The position numbers were made by a program, and so were the translations under genes. Under the pieces are notes generated by a model, which ran no database searches, had not been told where the DNA came from, and saw nothing but the letters and a program-made list of their open reading frames with translations. Below are positions 19,451-30,140 of a stretch of 32,000 bases of DNA, piece after piece. This stretch comes from Pasteurella multocida (GTDB taxonomy: Bacteria; Pseudomonadota; Gammaproteobacteria; Enterobacterales; Pasteurellaceae): contig NZ_LT906458.1 of NCBI RefSeq assembly GCF_900187275.1, positions 1,470,001 through 1,502,000 of the forward strand, read 5' to 3'. How positions within the stretch are numbered: the first letter of the stretch is position 1; each line of letters begins with the position of its first letter.

Positions 19451-20098
19451 CTACAACCAACAAGTTTCCCAATGGGTGAAGTGAGGAAACAACAAATGCT
19501 CCCCTGCGATTTCTGTTATTGCACAACGATCCTGCCAATAAGCCCGCTGATTTTGTGCAGGGAAAATTTTATCTTTTGAGCCGACAATCGCCTTGCTCCA
19601 CGAGATTAAATCTGTACGGTGATCTTGTTGTAAAAAGGTATAAAGTGCGGTCAGTTCAGCATGAATTTCCTGTAATGTGGGACGCATGGAATAGTGCTGA
19701 TAATCTCTTAACAGCGTTTTTGAACCACAAATACGACGTTCAAATTTAGTCCGATTATCTTCATTTAAACCAGATAACGTGCCAGCAAAAATGGCTTCGG
19801 GAATACCATATTGGTCATCACAAGGTAAGCCCGTGCCATTGATCGCCGTAGCAGATAGCAGTGGATAACCTTGCATCACACGCTCCGCTACCCACACGCC
19901 CATTGACCATGCCACCACGCGAATATGTTGATAAGCGGAAAAATCAACATCGCAATGCAGATCTCGATAATCATAGCAAAGGCATAAATCATAATTTTCC
20001 GGCAGAATCAGGTGCTCGACCACGCTCGGCGGTGTGCCCCACCCTGCAAAATAGACGATCAGATTGTCGCCTTGCTGTGAAATATGTTGTGTTTTCAT
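19451..20098 (-). CDS. bioG: Pimeloyl-ACP methyl ester esterase BioG (DUF452)
   Basis: [20 protein letters not shown]..., [14 protein letters not shown] nucleophile elbow; between bioF and bioC. Confidence 0.9.
   Translation of the reverse strand: MKTQHISQQGDNLIVYFAGWGTPPSVVEHLILPENYDLCLCYDYRDLHCDVDFSAYQHIRVVAWSMGVWVAERVMQGYPLLSATAINGTGLPCDDQYGIPEAIFAGTLSGLNEDNRTKFERRICGSKTLLRDYQHYSMRPTLQEIHAELTALYTFLQQDHRTDLISWSKAIVGSKDKIFPAQNQRAYWQDRCAITEIAGEHLLFPHFTHWETCWL
19643..19651 (+). repeat. Uptake signal sequence core (in bioG)
   Basis: AAGTGCGGT exact. Confidence 0.9.
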
Positions 20099-21258
20099 TC
20101 AGCAAGCTCCTGTAAACAAGCAATAAATTGTTCCACTTCCGCCACTTGCATATCTGCAGTCAGTGAAAAACGAATACGAGAGGTACCTTTTGGGACTGTC
20201 GGCGGGCGAATCGGTAAGCAATAATAGCCTTGTTGTTGCAAACGTTGCGCTGTTCTTACTGTCAGTTCGTTGTCGCCCAAAATATAAGGTACGATACAAC
20301 TTTCACTTGGCATCGGGACTTGAAAAATGCCGACAATCGCTTGGCGTAAATGTTGACTAAGCTGAGCAAGATGTGCGCGTTCGGCTTGCAAATGTGGTAA
20401 TTGTTGAAAGACAAAATGCGTCCATGCCACATTAAACGGCGGAAGTGCCGTGGAAAAAATCAATGGGCGCATTTTATTAACCAAATAATCTCGGATCATT
20501 TGATCGCAAATCACATAAGCCCCCATAGAGCCCAACGCCTTGCCAAACGTACCGACTAAAATATCAATTTGGTTGATACAGCCTCGTTGTTCTGCTAACC
20601 CTAGCCCCTTCTCCCCCAATACGCCTATCGCATGGGCTTCATCTACATATATCATCACTTGCGGATAGTGCTGTTTTAATGCGACCAGCTGGGTGAGGTC
20701 TGCACAGTCACCATCCATACTAAACACGGATTCCGTAACCACGATAATCCGCTCAAAAGTGCGGTCATTTTTTTGCAAAATTTGTTCAAGGTGGGCGTAA
20801 TCATGATGACGAAAACGCACAAACTCACATTGTGCCAAGCGAATGCCATCAATCATACTGGCATGTACCAGTTTATCCGCCACAATCAGCGTTTTTTTGT
20901 CCGCTAAAGCAGGCAAAATCCCAATATTAGCATGATAACCGCTATTAAATAGCAAGGCAGTTTCTCGTCCAAATGCCTGCGCCATTAAGCTTTCTAGCTC
21001 ATCATAAATCGGAAAAGAGCCTGTTAATAAACGGGAGGAAGAAGAAGTCAATGCCGGGAGTTGATCTTGGTATTGCGTGAAAAACGCCTGACGCAAGGCT
21101 TCGTTATTGGCTAAACCTAAATAATCATTGGAGGACATATTCAGCATCGTATTGTCCTCACGTTGAATAAAACGCCCTCGGTGAATGAGTTGGGGCAGTT
21201 GGCGAAATTGATTCTGCGCCTTTAAATCAGCTAACTGCTGCTGATAATACCTGATCAT
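20095..21258 (-). CDS. bioF: 8-amino-7-oxononanoate synthase BioF
   Basis: [20 protein letters not shown]..., [27 protein letters not shown]. Confidence 0.96.
   Translation of the reverse strand: MIRYYQQQLADLKAQNQFRQLPQLIHRGRFIQREDNTMLNMSSNDYLGLANNEALRQAFFTQYQDQLPALTSSSSRLLTGSFPIYDELESLMAQAFGRETALLFNSGYHANIGILPALADKKTLIVADKLVHASMIDGIRLAQCEFVRFRHHDYAHLEQILQKNDRTFERIIVVTESVFSMDGDCADLTQLVALKQHYPQVMIYVDEAHAIGVLGEKGLGLAEQRGCINQIDILVGTFGKALGSMGAYVICDQMIRDYLVNKMRPLIFSTALPPFNVAWTHFVFQQLPHLQAERAHLAQLSQHLRQAIVGIFQVPMPSESCIVPYILGDNELTVRTAQRLQQQGYYCLPIRPPTVPKGTSRIRFSLTADMQVAEVEQFIACLQELAE
20757..20765 (+). repeat. Uptake signal sequence core (in bioF)
   Basis: AAGTGCGGT exact. Confidence 0.9.
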
Positions 21259-22556
21259 AGAGATTCCTTATGTGCATACTCTTCTTGAAGGGTGCGAATT
21301 GTGCCATGAATTAATTGAGACAATTGATCCGATGAGATGATATACGGTGGCATCAAATACACTAATTTGCCAAATGGACGCACCCAAACGCCATTTTGCA
21401 CAAAGCGTGGTGGTAAACTTGCCATATTGACAGGCGCCTTCATTTCAATCACCCCAATCGCCCCAAGTACTCTCACTTCAGCAACACAATCTAAGGCTTC
21501 CGCTTGGCGCAATTCTTGACGTAATTGCTGTTCAATCTGTTGAATACGTTGTTGCCAAGGGCTTGCCAATAACAATTTGATACTTTCTGCTGCTACCGCA
21601 CACGCCAGTGGATTTGCCATAAACGTCGGACCGTGCATAAAACATTTTGCCTCGCCAGAACAAATCACGTCTGCTACTGTTTGGTTGGTAATGGTAGCGG
21701 ATAGGGTTAAATACCCCCCTGTTAAAGCTTTACCGATACACATCACATCTGGTACGACATTGGCATGTTCACAAGCAAATAATTTGCCTGTACGCCCAAA
21801 TCCTGTGGCAATTTCATCAAAAATCAGCAAAATGCCGTACTGTTCGCACAAGGCTTTTGCTTGCACCAAATACTCAGGGGAATAAAAATACATACCGCCC
21901 GCCCCTTGCACTACCGGTTCTAAAATTAAGCCCGCAATCTCATCACCATGTTGTGCCAATAAATCCTGTAACGGTTGCATCGCTTCGGGTTGCCAAGCTT
22001 GCCCAAATTTTACCGGGGGTTGCGGTAAAAAATATTGCACGGGTAGCCCTTTGGCAAACAAGCTGTGCATGCCGGTCACGGGATCACACACGGACATCGC
22101 ATGCCAAGTATCACCATGATAGCCCGAACGAATCGTAGCAAATTTATAGCGCTGTGTTTCGCCTTTAGCATGTTGATATTGCACTGCCATTTTCATCGCC
22201 ACTTCCACGGCGACCGAACCACTATCGGCAAAGAAAATTTTATCCAAACTTTCCGGCAAGATGTTGACCAGTTGCTTCGCCAGTTCTACCGCTGGTTGGT
22301 GCGTTAATCCACCAAACATCACATGACTCATTTGACTCAGTTGTTGCGTGACAGCGTGGTTTAAACGGGGGTGATTATAGCCATGAATCGCTGACCACCA
22401 CGATGACATGCCATCAATCAATTGCTGACCGTTTTTTAACTGGATATACACGCCTTCGGCACGTTCTACTGCAAATAAGGGAAAATCCGCATTTAACGCC
22501 GCATAAGGGTGCCAAATATGTTGTCGATCACATTCTAAAAGTTGCTGCTCATTCAT
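21255..22556 (-). CDS. bioA: Adenosylmethionine-8-amino-7-oxononanoate aminotransferase BioA
   Basis: [63 protein letters not shown]...; ATG at 22556 preferred over the extended ORF at 22667. Confidence 0.95.
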   Translation of the reverse strand: MNEQQLLECDRQHIWHPYAALNADFPLFAVERAEGVYIQLKNGQQLIDGMSSWWSAIHGYNHPRLNHAVTQQLSQMSHVMFGGLTHQPAVELAKQLVNILPESLDKIFFADSGSVAVEVAMKMAVQYQHAKGETQRYKFATIRSGYHGDTWHAMSVCDPVTGMHSLFAKGLPVQYFLPQPPVKFGQAWQPEAMQPLQDLLAQHGDEIAGLILEPVVQGAGGMYFYSPEYLVQAKALCEQYGILLIFDEIATGFGRTGKLFACEHANVVPDVMCIGKALTGGYLTLSATITNQTVADVICSGEAKCFMHGPTFMANPLACAVAAESIKLLLASPWQQRIQQIEQQLRQELRQAEALDCVAEVRVLGAIGVIEMKAPVNMASLPPRFVQNGVWVRPFGKLVYLMPPYIISSDQLSQLIHGTIRTLQEEYAHKESL

Positions 22557-22611
22557 CGTTTCACCTCGGTTGTGAATCGCCCTTTCAACTGGCGTAAATT
22601 CACGCAAATAC

Positions 22612-22639
22612 TTACATAAACGGAATAACTTGTTATAAT
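22612..22639 (+). promoter_or_regulatory. Sigma70-type promoter candidate for psd
   Basis: TTACAT (22612-22617) N16 TATAAT (22634-22639), followed by psd ATG at 22698. Confidence 0.55.
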
Positions 22640-22697
22640 CGCCAAGCATTCGGCTTTTCAAGCCCATTATTCTAACTTAAAAAGATGATTTATCACT

Positions 22698-23585
22698 ATG
22701 AATATATTAGAAAAAAAAGCACAACTGAGTTACTGGCAACGGATTAAAATTGCCTTTCAATATGTGATGCCACAACTTTATTTAACACGTCTCGCAGGCT
22801 GGTTTGCAAAACAGCAATGGGGTGCTGTCACACATTTTGTGATTAAATTATTCGCGAAAAAATACCATGTGGATATGAGTGAAGCTGCAAAACCAAATTT
22901 CAGCGACTATGCGAGCTTTAATGAATTTTTTATCCGTCCATTAGCGGACAATGCCCGTCCAATTAATCAAAATCCTACCGCACTTTGTTTACCGGCAGAT
23001 GGTCGTATTAGTCAGTTAGGACACATTGAGCAGGATTTATTGCTACAAGCCAAAGGACATTATTTCAGCTTGAACGATTTGTTAGCTGGCGACGAGGCGC
23101 TCGCTCATCATTTTAAAGATGGCGAATTTGCCACCACCTACCTCTCACCACGCGATTACCACCGTGTGCATATGCCTTGTGATGCCACTTTATGCAAAAT
23201 GATTTATGTGCCTGGTGACTTATTCTCAGTCAATCCATTTTTAGCCGAACACGTGCCAAACTTATTTGCACGTAATGAGCGCGTGATCTGCGTATTCGAT
23301 ACCGAATTTGGTAAAATGGTCCAAATTTTAGTCGGCGCAACCATTACCGCGAGTATGAGCACCGTGTGGGCAGGCGTGATCAACCCGCCTCGTCCAGAAA
23401 AAATCACCACCTGGACCTATGAAGGAGAAAGTGCAGTCAAATTACTGAAAGGACAAGAAATGGGCGCCTTTCAATTGGGCTCGACGGTGATCAATTTATT
23501 TGAAAAAGATCGTGTGCAACTGGCATCTCATTTACAAGTGGATAGCCCAGTACGTATGGGTGAAATTCTTGCCCACCAAAAATAA
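22698..23585 (+). CDS. psd: Phosphatidylserine decarboxylase proenzyme
   Basis: [34 protein letters not shown] autocleavage site. Confidence 0.95.
   Translation: MNILEKKAQLSYWQRIKIAFQYVMPQLYLTRLAGWFAKQQWGAVTHFVIKLFAKKYHVDMSEAAKPNFSDYASFNEFFIRPLADNARPINQNPTALCLPADGRISQLGHIEQDLLLQAKGHYFSLNDLLAGDEALAHHFKDGEFATTYLSPRDYHRVHMPCDATLCKMIYVPGDLFSVNPFLAEHVPNLFARNERVICVFDTEFGKMVQILVGATITASMSTVWAGVINPPRPEKITTWTYEGESAVKLLKGQEMGAFQLGSTVINLFEKDRVQLASHLQVDSPVRMGEILAHQK
22977..22985 (-). repeat. Uptake signal sequence core (in psd)
   Basis: ACCGCACTT exact. Confidence 0.9.
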
Positions 23586-23609
23586 TTTTTAACCACAATA
23601 GGAAAAACA

Positions 23610-24242
23610 ATGAGTCAACAATTTTTCGACCAAGTGTCATTAGAAAGCCTTTCAGCGAAAGGAAGCTACGGTATCGGTTTACAAATCGGTCAACAATTAT
23701 TAGAAAGCCAACTTGAAGTGAGCGCCGAAGCCGTCGCGAAAGGGATCTTTGATGTGTTAAATCAAAATCCACCAGCACTTGAGTTAAATGAAGTGAGTCA
23801 TGCCCTACAGACTTTGCAACAACAAGCCACTGAAGCACAACAAGCGAAATTCAAAGAAATTGAAGCCGTTGGTGCACAATTCTTAGCTGAAAACGCGCAA
23901 AAAGCGGGGGTAAATACTACGGAATCTGGTTTACAGTATGAAGTGTTAGTGGCTGGTGAAGGGCAAATTCCGGCACGCGAAGACAAAGTGCGTGTGCATT
24001 ACACTGGGACATTAATCGACGGTACCGTCTTTGACAGCTCAGTAAAACGTGGTCAACCTGCAGAATTCCCAGTAAATGGCGTGATCGCTGGTTGGATTGA
24101 AGCCTTGTCCATGATGCCAGTGGGTTCAAAATGGCGTTTAACCATTCCTCACAACCTCGCTTATGGCGAACGTGGTGCCGGTGCCTCCATTCCGCCATTC
24201 AGTACCTTAGTGTTTGAAGTCGAATTATTAGCCATTCTTTAA
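23610..24242 (+). CDS. fklB: FKBP-type peptidyl-prolyl cis-trans isomerase (FklB-like)
   Basis: [38 protein letters not shown]..., [25 protein letters not shown]. Confidence 0.92.
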   Translation: MSQQFFDQVSLESLSAKGSYGIGLQIGQQLLESQLEVSAEAVAKGIFDVLNQNPPALELNEVSHALQTLQQQATEAQQAKFKEIEAVGAQFLAENAQKAGVNTTESGLQYEVLVAGEGQIPAREDKVRVHYTGTLIDGTVFDSSVKRGQPAEFPVNGVIAGWIEALSMMPVGSKWRLTIPHNLAYGERGAGASIPPFSTLVFEVELLAIL

Positions 24243-24261
24243 AGCTAAACGCTAGACATAA

Positions 24262-24292
24262 AAAAAGTGCGGTCATTTTCCGCACTTTTTTC
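24262..24292 (+). terminator. Terminator after fklB composed of an inverted uptake-signal pair; likely bidirectional
   Basis: AAAAAAGTGCGG TCATTTT CCGCACTTTTTT. Confidence 0.88.
24265..24273 (+). repeat. Uptake signal sequence core (fklB terminator)
   Basis: AAGTGCGGT exact. Confidence 0.9.
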
Positions 24293-24303
24293 TTTTCTAT
24301 TGT

Positions 24304-24627
24304 TTATCGTTTCAAGCCTTGCTGATAGCCACTGTTCCACGAATGGCGGAACTTGTCCAGCACAGCCTTGCCCGTTTGTTCTTCACAGTAAGCCGTTCGT
24401 TGACTCAACATTTTTTGTTGATGTTCTCGAAACGATTTTCCCACACGATAGCCGTCCAAATACCAATCATCATTATCTTGACATGCCATGGTATTAATCC
24501 GTTTTGTATTCCCTGTCACTGCAAAAGATTTGCCTGCCTCAATACGTTGCACCGCATGTTCAGAGTATGAAGTACAGCTCACCAGCGAACCTAGTACACT
24601 GAATATCAATACTGCTTTCCAATTCAT
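24304..24627 (-). CDS. Small lipoprotein, DUF2799-like
   Basis: [21 protein letters not shown] lipoprotein signal; ...[13 protein letters not shown]...YCEEQTGK...SGYQQGL. Confidence 0.75.
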   Translation of the reverse strand: MNWKAVLIFSVLGSLVSCTSYSEHAVQRIEAGKSFAVTGNTKRINTMACQDNDDWYLDGYRVGKSFREHQQKMLSQRTAYCEEQTGKAVLDKFRHSWNSGYQQGLKR

Positions 24628-24650
24628 CTTGTTACCTTTCTTTTTCTGAT

Positions 24651-25754
24651 TTATAACACAATCATATCGTCGCGGTGTACCGCAACCGCCCCATATTCAT
24701 AACCGAGAACCTGTTCAATATCTTGCGAATGTTTGCCTTGAATTAAATGGAGTGCATCGCTGTTATAACGTGGCATCCCTAAGGCGACATCCTTGCCTTG
24801 CTGAGTACGAATTTTTACCACTTCACCGCGTGAAAAGCGTCCTTCCACGTTCACAATCCCAGCAGGCAATAACGATTTATGTTGCATTAACATCGCGTTT
24901 TCCGCCCCTGCATCAATGGTAATAATACCGGCTGACGGCGCCGCATATAGCCATTGTTTACGACTTTCTAAGCGATCTGCTTGCACACTAAATTTGGTGC
25001 CAATGGCTTGCCCATAAGCTAAGTCCACAATCACATTCGGGCGATTACCCGGTGCAATAATGGTTTCAATGCCGGAGCGGGTTGCCACATCCGCGGCACT
25101 GATTTTGGTGGACATGCCACCTGTGCCTAACGAGGTGCCACTTCCGCCCGCAATCGCGCGAATATGATCGGTAATTTTGTCCACGTCGGCGATCAATTTG
25201 GCGTCTGGATGTTTGCGCGGATCACGATCAAACAAACCTTGCTGATCAGTAAGCAAATACAACTGTTCTGCTTGCACTAAAATCGCCACTAACGCGGATA
25301 AATTATCGTTATCGCCTACTTTAATTTCTGACGTAGCGACAGCGTCATTTTCATTAATCACTGGAATAATCTGATTATCTAATAAGGCGCGCAAAGTATC
25401 TCTGGCATTTAAAAAACGTTCACGATCTTCAATGTCGGCACGGGTCAATAAAATCTGTCCAATATGAATATCATAAATGGCAAACAATTTTTCCCACGTT
25501 TGAATGAGCTGACTTTGTCCTACCGCAGCCAATAATTGTTTCGAGGCAATCGTCGGTGGCAATTTCGGGTGATTTAAATAATGACGACCTGCCGCAATCG
25601 CCCCTGAGGTGACAATCACTAAACGAAAGCCCGCTTGATGAAGCTGTGCGAGCTGACGCACAATATCCATCATATGAGGTAAATTTAACTTCGCCGATCC
25701 TTGCGTAAGCGTACTGGTTCCAAATTTCACAACGAGTGTTTTGTCGATTTTCAT
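24651..25754 (-). CDS. proB: Glutamate 5-kinase ProB (with PUA domain)
   Basis: [25 protein letters not shown]...; [12 protein letters not shown]; ATG at 25754 preferred over track start. Confidence 0.95.
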   Translation of the reverse strand: MKIDKTLVVKFGTSTLTQGSAKLNLPHMMDIVRQLAQLHQAGFRLVIVTSGAIAAGRHYLNHPKLPPTIASKQLLAAVGQSQLIQTWEKLFAIYDIHIGQILLTRADIEDRERFLNARDTLRALLDNQIIPVINENDAVATSEIKVGDNDNLSALVAILVQAEQLYLLTDQQGLFDRDPRKHPDAKLIADVDKITDHIRAIAGGSGTSLGTGGMSTKISAADVATRSGIETIIAPGNRPNVIVDLAYGQAIGTKFSVQADRLESRKQWLYAAPSAGIITIDAGAENAMLMQHKSLLPAGIVNVEGRFSRGEVVKIRTQQGKDVALGMPRYNSDALHLIQGKHSQDIEQVLGYEYGAVAVHRDDMIVL

Positions 25755-25919
25755 CTTCTCTATCTTCTTATTTTTGTCGCACAAAATTGAAGCTAACTTA
25801 CCATTAATCATCAGAAAAATCATCTCGTTTACTTGCTATTTTCTATGATTTAGCACAAATTTTTTCTCACTAAAAGGCATATAATAAAGCCTCTTGATTT
25901 TTCAGCTAGGAACCCGATT

Positions 25920-26708
25920 ATGACCTCAACCTCTTCACAAGAAACGGAGCGGCAACGAGAAATCACTCGCCTTTGTGTTCAAGTTGCCCAACTCTTATTA
26001 CAACATGGTGCAGAAAGTGCCATCGTTGTGCAAATGGCACATCGCTTAGGCTTAGCCCTCGGTGTAGATAGCGTAGAATGTGCCCTCACGCCAAATGCCA
26101 TTATTCTTACTACATTAGCCCAAGACCATTGCATCACGACAGTCCGTAAAAACCAAGACAAAGGAATTAATATGCAAGTGGTTACTGAAGTGCAACGTAT
26201 TGTGATTACAGCAGAACGTAAAATCTATGATATGCAACAAGTGCATGCCAAACTGGCTCGCATTAAACCGCTTAAATACAATCGCTATTTTGTGATGTTG
26301 ATGATTGGCTTATCCTGTGCCAGTTTTGCTCATTTATCTGGTGGGGATGCACTAGTTTCATTGGTTACATTTCTCGCCGCAACACTCGCCATGTATGTTC
26401 GCCAATCACTTGCCGCAAGACACTATAACCCCTTAATTGTATTTGCGGTGACCGCCTTTGTCGCCTCGCTAATTGCGGGTATCGCGTTGAAATATAACAT
26501 CGGCAATCAGCCCCAAATTGCCTTGGCATCCAGCGTATTATTGCTCGTTCCTGGCTTTCCACTGATTAATGCACTCGCCGATATTTTAAAAGGGCATATC
26601 AATATGGGGATTGCCCGTTGGGCACTCGCGACGATCCTCACATTTGGGGCATGCTTAGGCATTGTATTTGCGCTGAGTTTATTGGGTATCACGGCATGGG
26701 GGAAATAA
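25920..26708 (+). CDS. yjjP: Threonine/serine exporter family, large subunit-like (YjjP)
   Basis: ThrE/DUF1212 sequence LLLQHGAESAIVVQMAHRLGLALGVDSVECALTPNAIILT; multiple TM helices. Confidence 0.88.
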   Translation: MTSTSSQETERQREITRLCVQVAQLLLQHGAESAIVVQMAHRLGLALGVDSVECALTPNAIILTTLAQDHCITTVRKNQDKGINMQVVTEVQRIVITAERKIYDMQQVHAKLARIKPLKYNRYFVMLMIGLSCASFAHLSGGDALVSLVTFLAATLAMYVRQSLAARHYNPLIVFAVTAFVASLIAGIALKYNIGNQPQIALASSVLLLVPGFPLINALADILKGHINMGIARWALATILTFGACLGIVFALSLLGITAWGK

Positions 26709-26709
26709 A

Positions 26710-27171
26710 ATGTTAATGTTAAATTTACTGGATGATATGTTTTTTGCTGCGATTCCCGCAGTCGGCTTTGCCTTAGTCTTTAATGTGCCCCCAAAAGCCT
26801 TGAAATACTGTGCGGGCTTAGGCGCGTTAGGACATGGACTTCGCACTTTATTAGTCCATTATGAACTCCCCTTAGTGTTTGCCACTTTCTGCGGTGCCGC
26901 CTTAATTGGGTTTATCGGTGTGCATTTATCCCATCGTTATTTAGCCCACCCGAAAGTGTTTACTGTTGCAGCCATTATTCCCATGATCCCCGGTGTCTAT
27001 GCCTATAAAGCCATGATTGCGGTAGTGCAATTACATAATCAAGGTTGGTCCCATGCGCTCACTGCACAAATGATCGATTATTTTATTAAAACGGGATTTA
27101 TTCTCGGTGCATTAGTTTTCGGACTCGCATTGCCGGGCTTACTGTTCTATCGGCAAAAACCTGTGGTATAG
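26710..27171 (+). CDS. yjjB: Threonine/serine exporter family, small subunit-like (YjjB)
   Basis: DUF3815-type DDMFFAAIPAVGFALVFNVPPKALKYCAGLGALGHGLRTLL...; immediately downstream of yjjP. Confidence 0.88.
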   Translation: MLMLNLLDDMFFAAIPAVGFALVFNVPPKALKYCAGLGALGHGLRTLLVHYELPLVFATFCGAALIGFIGVHLSHRYLAHPKVFTVAAIIPMIPGVYAYKAMIAVVQLHNQGWSHALTAQMIDYFIKTGFILGALVFGLALPGLLFYRQKPVV

Positions 27172-27207
27172 TAAACACACCTTTAGTTTGCCTGTCAGGA
27201 ACTCACT

Positions 27208-27702
27208 ATGATCTTTAGCCTTATCGTCGCTATGACGAAAAACCATGTCATTGGTAAAGACAATCAAATGCCTTGGCATCTGCCTGCCGATTTAGCGTGG
27301 TTTCGCCAGAATACCACGGGTAAACCGGTGATTATGGGACGAAAAACCTTTGAAAGCATTGGGCGTCCATTACCAAAACGCACTAATTTAGTGCTTTCTC
27401 GTCAGCCATATCTACATGAGGGCGTGATTTGGCAAAACAGCCTTGAAAGTGCGGTGGATTTTGTCAAAGATTCACCTGAAATCCTGTTGATTGGCGGGGG
27501 CGAATTATTTAAGCAATATTTACATAAAGCCGACAAGCTCTATCTCACTGAAATCCAAACAGAATTAGAAGGCGATACCTTCTTTCCTGAAATTGTATGG
27601 CAAGACTGGCAAATTGAATATGAAGCATGGCGCCAAGCCGATGAAAAAAATCCTTATGACTGTCGCTTTTTAATTTTATCGCGTAACACTAAAAATGAAT
27701 GA
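27208..27702 (+). CDS. folA: Dihydrofolate reductase
   Basis: MIFSLIVAMTKNHVIGKDNQMPWHLPADLAWFRQNTTGKPVIMGRKTFESIGRPLPKRTNLVLSR. Confidence 0.97.
   Translation: MIFSLIVAMTKNHVIGKDNQMPWHLPADLAWFRQNTTGKPVIMGRKTFESIGRPLPKRTNLVLSRQPYLHEGVIWQNSLESAVDFVKDSPEILLIGGGELFKQYLHKADKLYLTEIQTELEGDTFFPEIVWQDWQIEYEAWRQADEKNPYDCRFLILSRNTKNE
27447..27455 (+). repeat. Uptake signal sequence core (in folA)
   Basis: AAGTGCGGT exact. Confidence 0.9.
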
Positions 27703-27728
27703 CATAACACATTAAATAAGAACGATGT

Positions 27729-27762
27729 AAAGGGCGCAAACATTAAGCAAGCGCCCTTTTCT
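27729..27762 (+). terminator. Terminator after folA
   Basis: AAAGGGCGC (27729-27737) ... GCGCCCTTT (27751-27759) TTC. Confidence 0.8.
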
Positions 27763-27800
27763 TCATTTATCCAGCGGATCCTCACAAAAAAATCTCAGCA

Positions 27801-27809
27801 AAGTGCGGT
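27801..27809 (+). repeat. Uptake signal sequence core (folA/copA intergenic)
   Basis: AAGTGCGGT exact. Confidence 0.9.
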
Positions 27810-27849
27810 CAATGGTAAAAAAATGTTATCCCCCACATTCATTGTAATG

Positions 27850-30024
27850 TCATGACATGTCACGATTGAATTTTACTTGTTTCAAACGTAATGCATTCAT
27901 TAATACTGACACGGAGCTCAATGCCATCGCTGCCCCCGCAATAATCGGATTTAATAACCCCCATGCTGCAATAGGAATACCTAACACATTATAAATAAAG
28001 GCAAAAAACAAATTTTGTTTAATATTTTTTAAAGTTGCCTGCGCGAGAAGTAAACCGTCCACCATTTGATTAACAGATTGTTGCATTAATGTCGCAGACG
28101 CCGTATGTTCTGCCACATCTGCCCCATTTTTCATGGCAAAACTCACGTTAGCACGGGCTAATGCTGGGGCGTCATTAATACCATCTCCGACCATGGCGAC
28201 GACGTTGCCTTCTGCTTGTAATTGCGCAATTTTGCTCGCTTTATCTCGTGGTGAAAGGTTACCATAGGCATGCTTAATCCCAAGCTGATCAGCAAGATAT
28301 TGCACAGCACTTTGCTGATCACCACTCATGATATATACCTCAATCTGCGCGGCTTGCAGACGCTTGATTCCCTCAATAGAATCAGGCTTTAGCTTATCCG
28401 CAATCGCAAATGCCCCAATGGGCTGATCATTGACCGCGACTGCCACAATACTTGCCAGCTGCCAAATCGGATCGGCTAAAGCCGGTAACGTGAAATGACA
28501 ATAATCAGCTTTGCCGACTTTCACGCGCCCAATCCCTTCCACTTCGGCTTGTATCCCAGCACCAAGTGCGGTTTGAATTTGCTCTGCATGCAACAAATCA
28601 ATTCCCTTCTCTTGCGCGTGCTGAACAATCGCTTTGGCTAAAGGGTGGCTGGCATGTTGCTCGACAGAGGCCGCCAAACGATAAACATCTTGCTCGGTAT
28701 AAGGACTATTTTCCACCAACCAACAAGCAGCAATTTGCGGTTTTCCTTGCGTTAACGTTCCCGTTTTATCTAACACCACTGTATTCACACGAGCCGATTC
28801 TTCCATCGCTGCCGCATCTTTAAACCAGATCCCATGTTTGATCGCATTGCCCATGCCCACCATAATTGCAGCGGGCGTAGCTAAACCTAACGCACAAGGA
28901 CACGCAATCACTAACACCGCGACAGCATGCATTAATGCACTCACCCAATCTTGTTTAATCCAATAAGTAAAGGCAAAGGTCAGTAAGGCAATAACCACCA
29001 CTGTTGGTACAAATACTGCTGCCACTTTATCCGCAAAACGCGCAATTGGCGCTTTCGTCCCCTGTGCTTCAGATAACGCATTCATCATATCGCCCAATAA
29101 CGTCTGGCTACCGAGTTGCTGTGCTTGGTAAACTAATGACCCGTCACTCAGCATGGCGCCCGCTAGCACTTGGCTACCAACTTTTTTCATTTCAGGCTTA
29201 AACTCGCCGGTTAAATGGCTTTCATCGCTCCAACCTGTACCACTTTGCACGATACCATCCGCCGCGATTCGCTCCCCTTGCTTCACTCGTAACAGATCAC
29301 CGATTTGAACCTGATCCAAAGGCAACGTCTGCCATTGTCCATCACGCTGTACATTCACTTGTTGCGGAGTAAGTTTAACCAGTAATCCTAAACTATTAAG
29401 GCTGTGTTTTTTGGTGCGTTCTTCTAAGAATTTGCCTAAACTGACAAAACCAAGCACCATGACACTGGCTTCAAAATACACATGTGGCATGCCCTCATGA
29501 GTATGTCCATAGGCTGTAAACAGCATAAATACGGAATAAAAGTAGATACTGAGCGTCCCCAAACTCACCAACACATCCATATTGGCTAAGCCACCTTTTA
29601 AGCTGCCCCATGCACTTTTATAAAAAGGGATCGCTAAGCCAAACTGCACAATGCTAGCAAGGACAAATTGCCACTCTGGCGCGAGCATCCAGTAGTGCTG
29701 CCCTAGCAACATACCGATCATACCAAACATAAACGGAAGATTAATCAGTAATAACAGCCATAAACGCCACGAAGGTAAGCGAGGTTCCACAAGAGGAGGC
29801 GCTTGTTCTGATTGCAAGCTCCCTGTAAAACCTACGTTTTCAATAAGCTGCAAAATATCTTGTGGAGAATGTTCACTGTTATCAAAACTGATTTGTGCTT
29901 GCTCACTAGCAAAATTGACTGCAGCTTGTTGAATATAAGGTTTTTTATTTAAGACTTTTTCAATACGGCTAGCACAAGCCTGACAGGTCATGCCCTGAAT
30001 GTGCAGGGTGATTTTTTGTTGCAT
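27850..30024 (-). CDS. copA: Copper-exporting P-type ATPase CopA
   Basis: HMA domain GMTCQACASRIEKVL, IACPCALGLATPAAI, DKTGTLTQG, GDGINDAPAL; ATG at 30024 preferred over track start. Confidence 0.96.
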   Translation of the reverse strand: MQQKITLHIQGMTCQACASRIEKVLNKKPYIQQAAVNFASEQAQISFDNSEHSPQDILQLIENVGFTGSLQSEQAPPLVEPRLPSWRLWLLLLINLPFMFGMIGMLLGQHYWMLAPEWQFVLASIVQFGLAIPFYKSAWGSLKGGLANMDVLVSLGTLSIYFYSVFMLFTAYGHTHEGMPHVYFEASVMVLGFVSLGKFLEERTKKHSLNSLGLLVKLTPQQVNVQRDGQWQTLPLDQVQIGDLLRVKQGERIAADGIVQSGTGWSDESHLTGEFKPEMKKVGSQVLAGAMLSDGSLVYQAQQLGSQTLLGDMMNALSEAQGTKAPIARFADKVAAVFVPTVVVIALLTFAFTYWIKQDWVSALMHAVAVLVIACPCALGLATPAAIMVGMGNAIKHGIWFKDAAAMEESARVNTVVLDKTGTLTQGKPQIAACWLVENSPYTEQDVYRLAASVEQHASHPLAKAIVQHAQEKGIDLLHAEQIQTALGAGIQAEVEGIGRVKVGKADYCHFTLPALADPIWQLASIVAVAVNDQPIGAFAIADKLKPDSIEGIKRLQAAQIEVYIMSGDQQSAVQYLADQLGIKHAYGNLSPRDKASKIAQLQAEGNVVAMVGDGINDAPALARANVSFAMKNGADVAEHTASATLMQQSVNQMVDGLLLAQATLKNIKQNLFFAFIYNVLGIPIAAWGLLNPIIAGAAMALSSVSVLMNALRLKQVKFNRDMS
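28564..28572 (+). repeat. Uptake signal sequence core (in copA)
   Basis: AAGTGCGGT exact. Confidence 0.9.
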
Positions 30025-30123
30025 ATCCGCTCCTCTAACAGTGCGGTCGTTTTTCAATAAGAATAATAAAAAGGACCGAGTAAAACGTTCACTTGCGTGC
30101 TCTCATGCAACGCAAATAGCAAA

Positions 30124-30140
30124 GGTGAGCTAAGCTCACC
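30124..30140 (-). terminator. Hairpin between copZ and copA (possible partial terminator)
   Basis: GGTGAGC TTA GCTCACC TTT on minus strand, 7 bp GC-rich perfect stem with weak T tail. Confidence 0.45.

Noticed and set aside
21577-22307. Plus-strand ORFs (102, 93, 80 aa) opposite bioA
   Set aside because: Antisense to conserved BioA; no RBS-associated start or family resemblance
23491-24198. Minus-strand ORFs of 115, 62 and 93 aa over psd end and fklB
   Set aside because: Overlap well-supported psd and fklB; translations look like reverse-strand artefacts
768-28572. Recurrent AAGTGCGGT 9-mers considered as a CRISPR or mobile-element repeat family
   Set aside because: No regular spacing or target-site duplications; exact match to the Hin-type Pasteurellaceae DNA uptake signal
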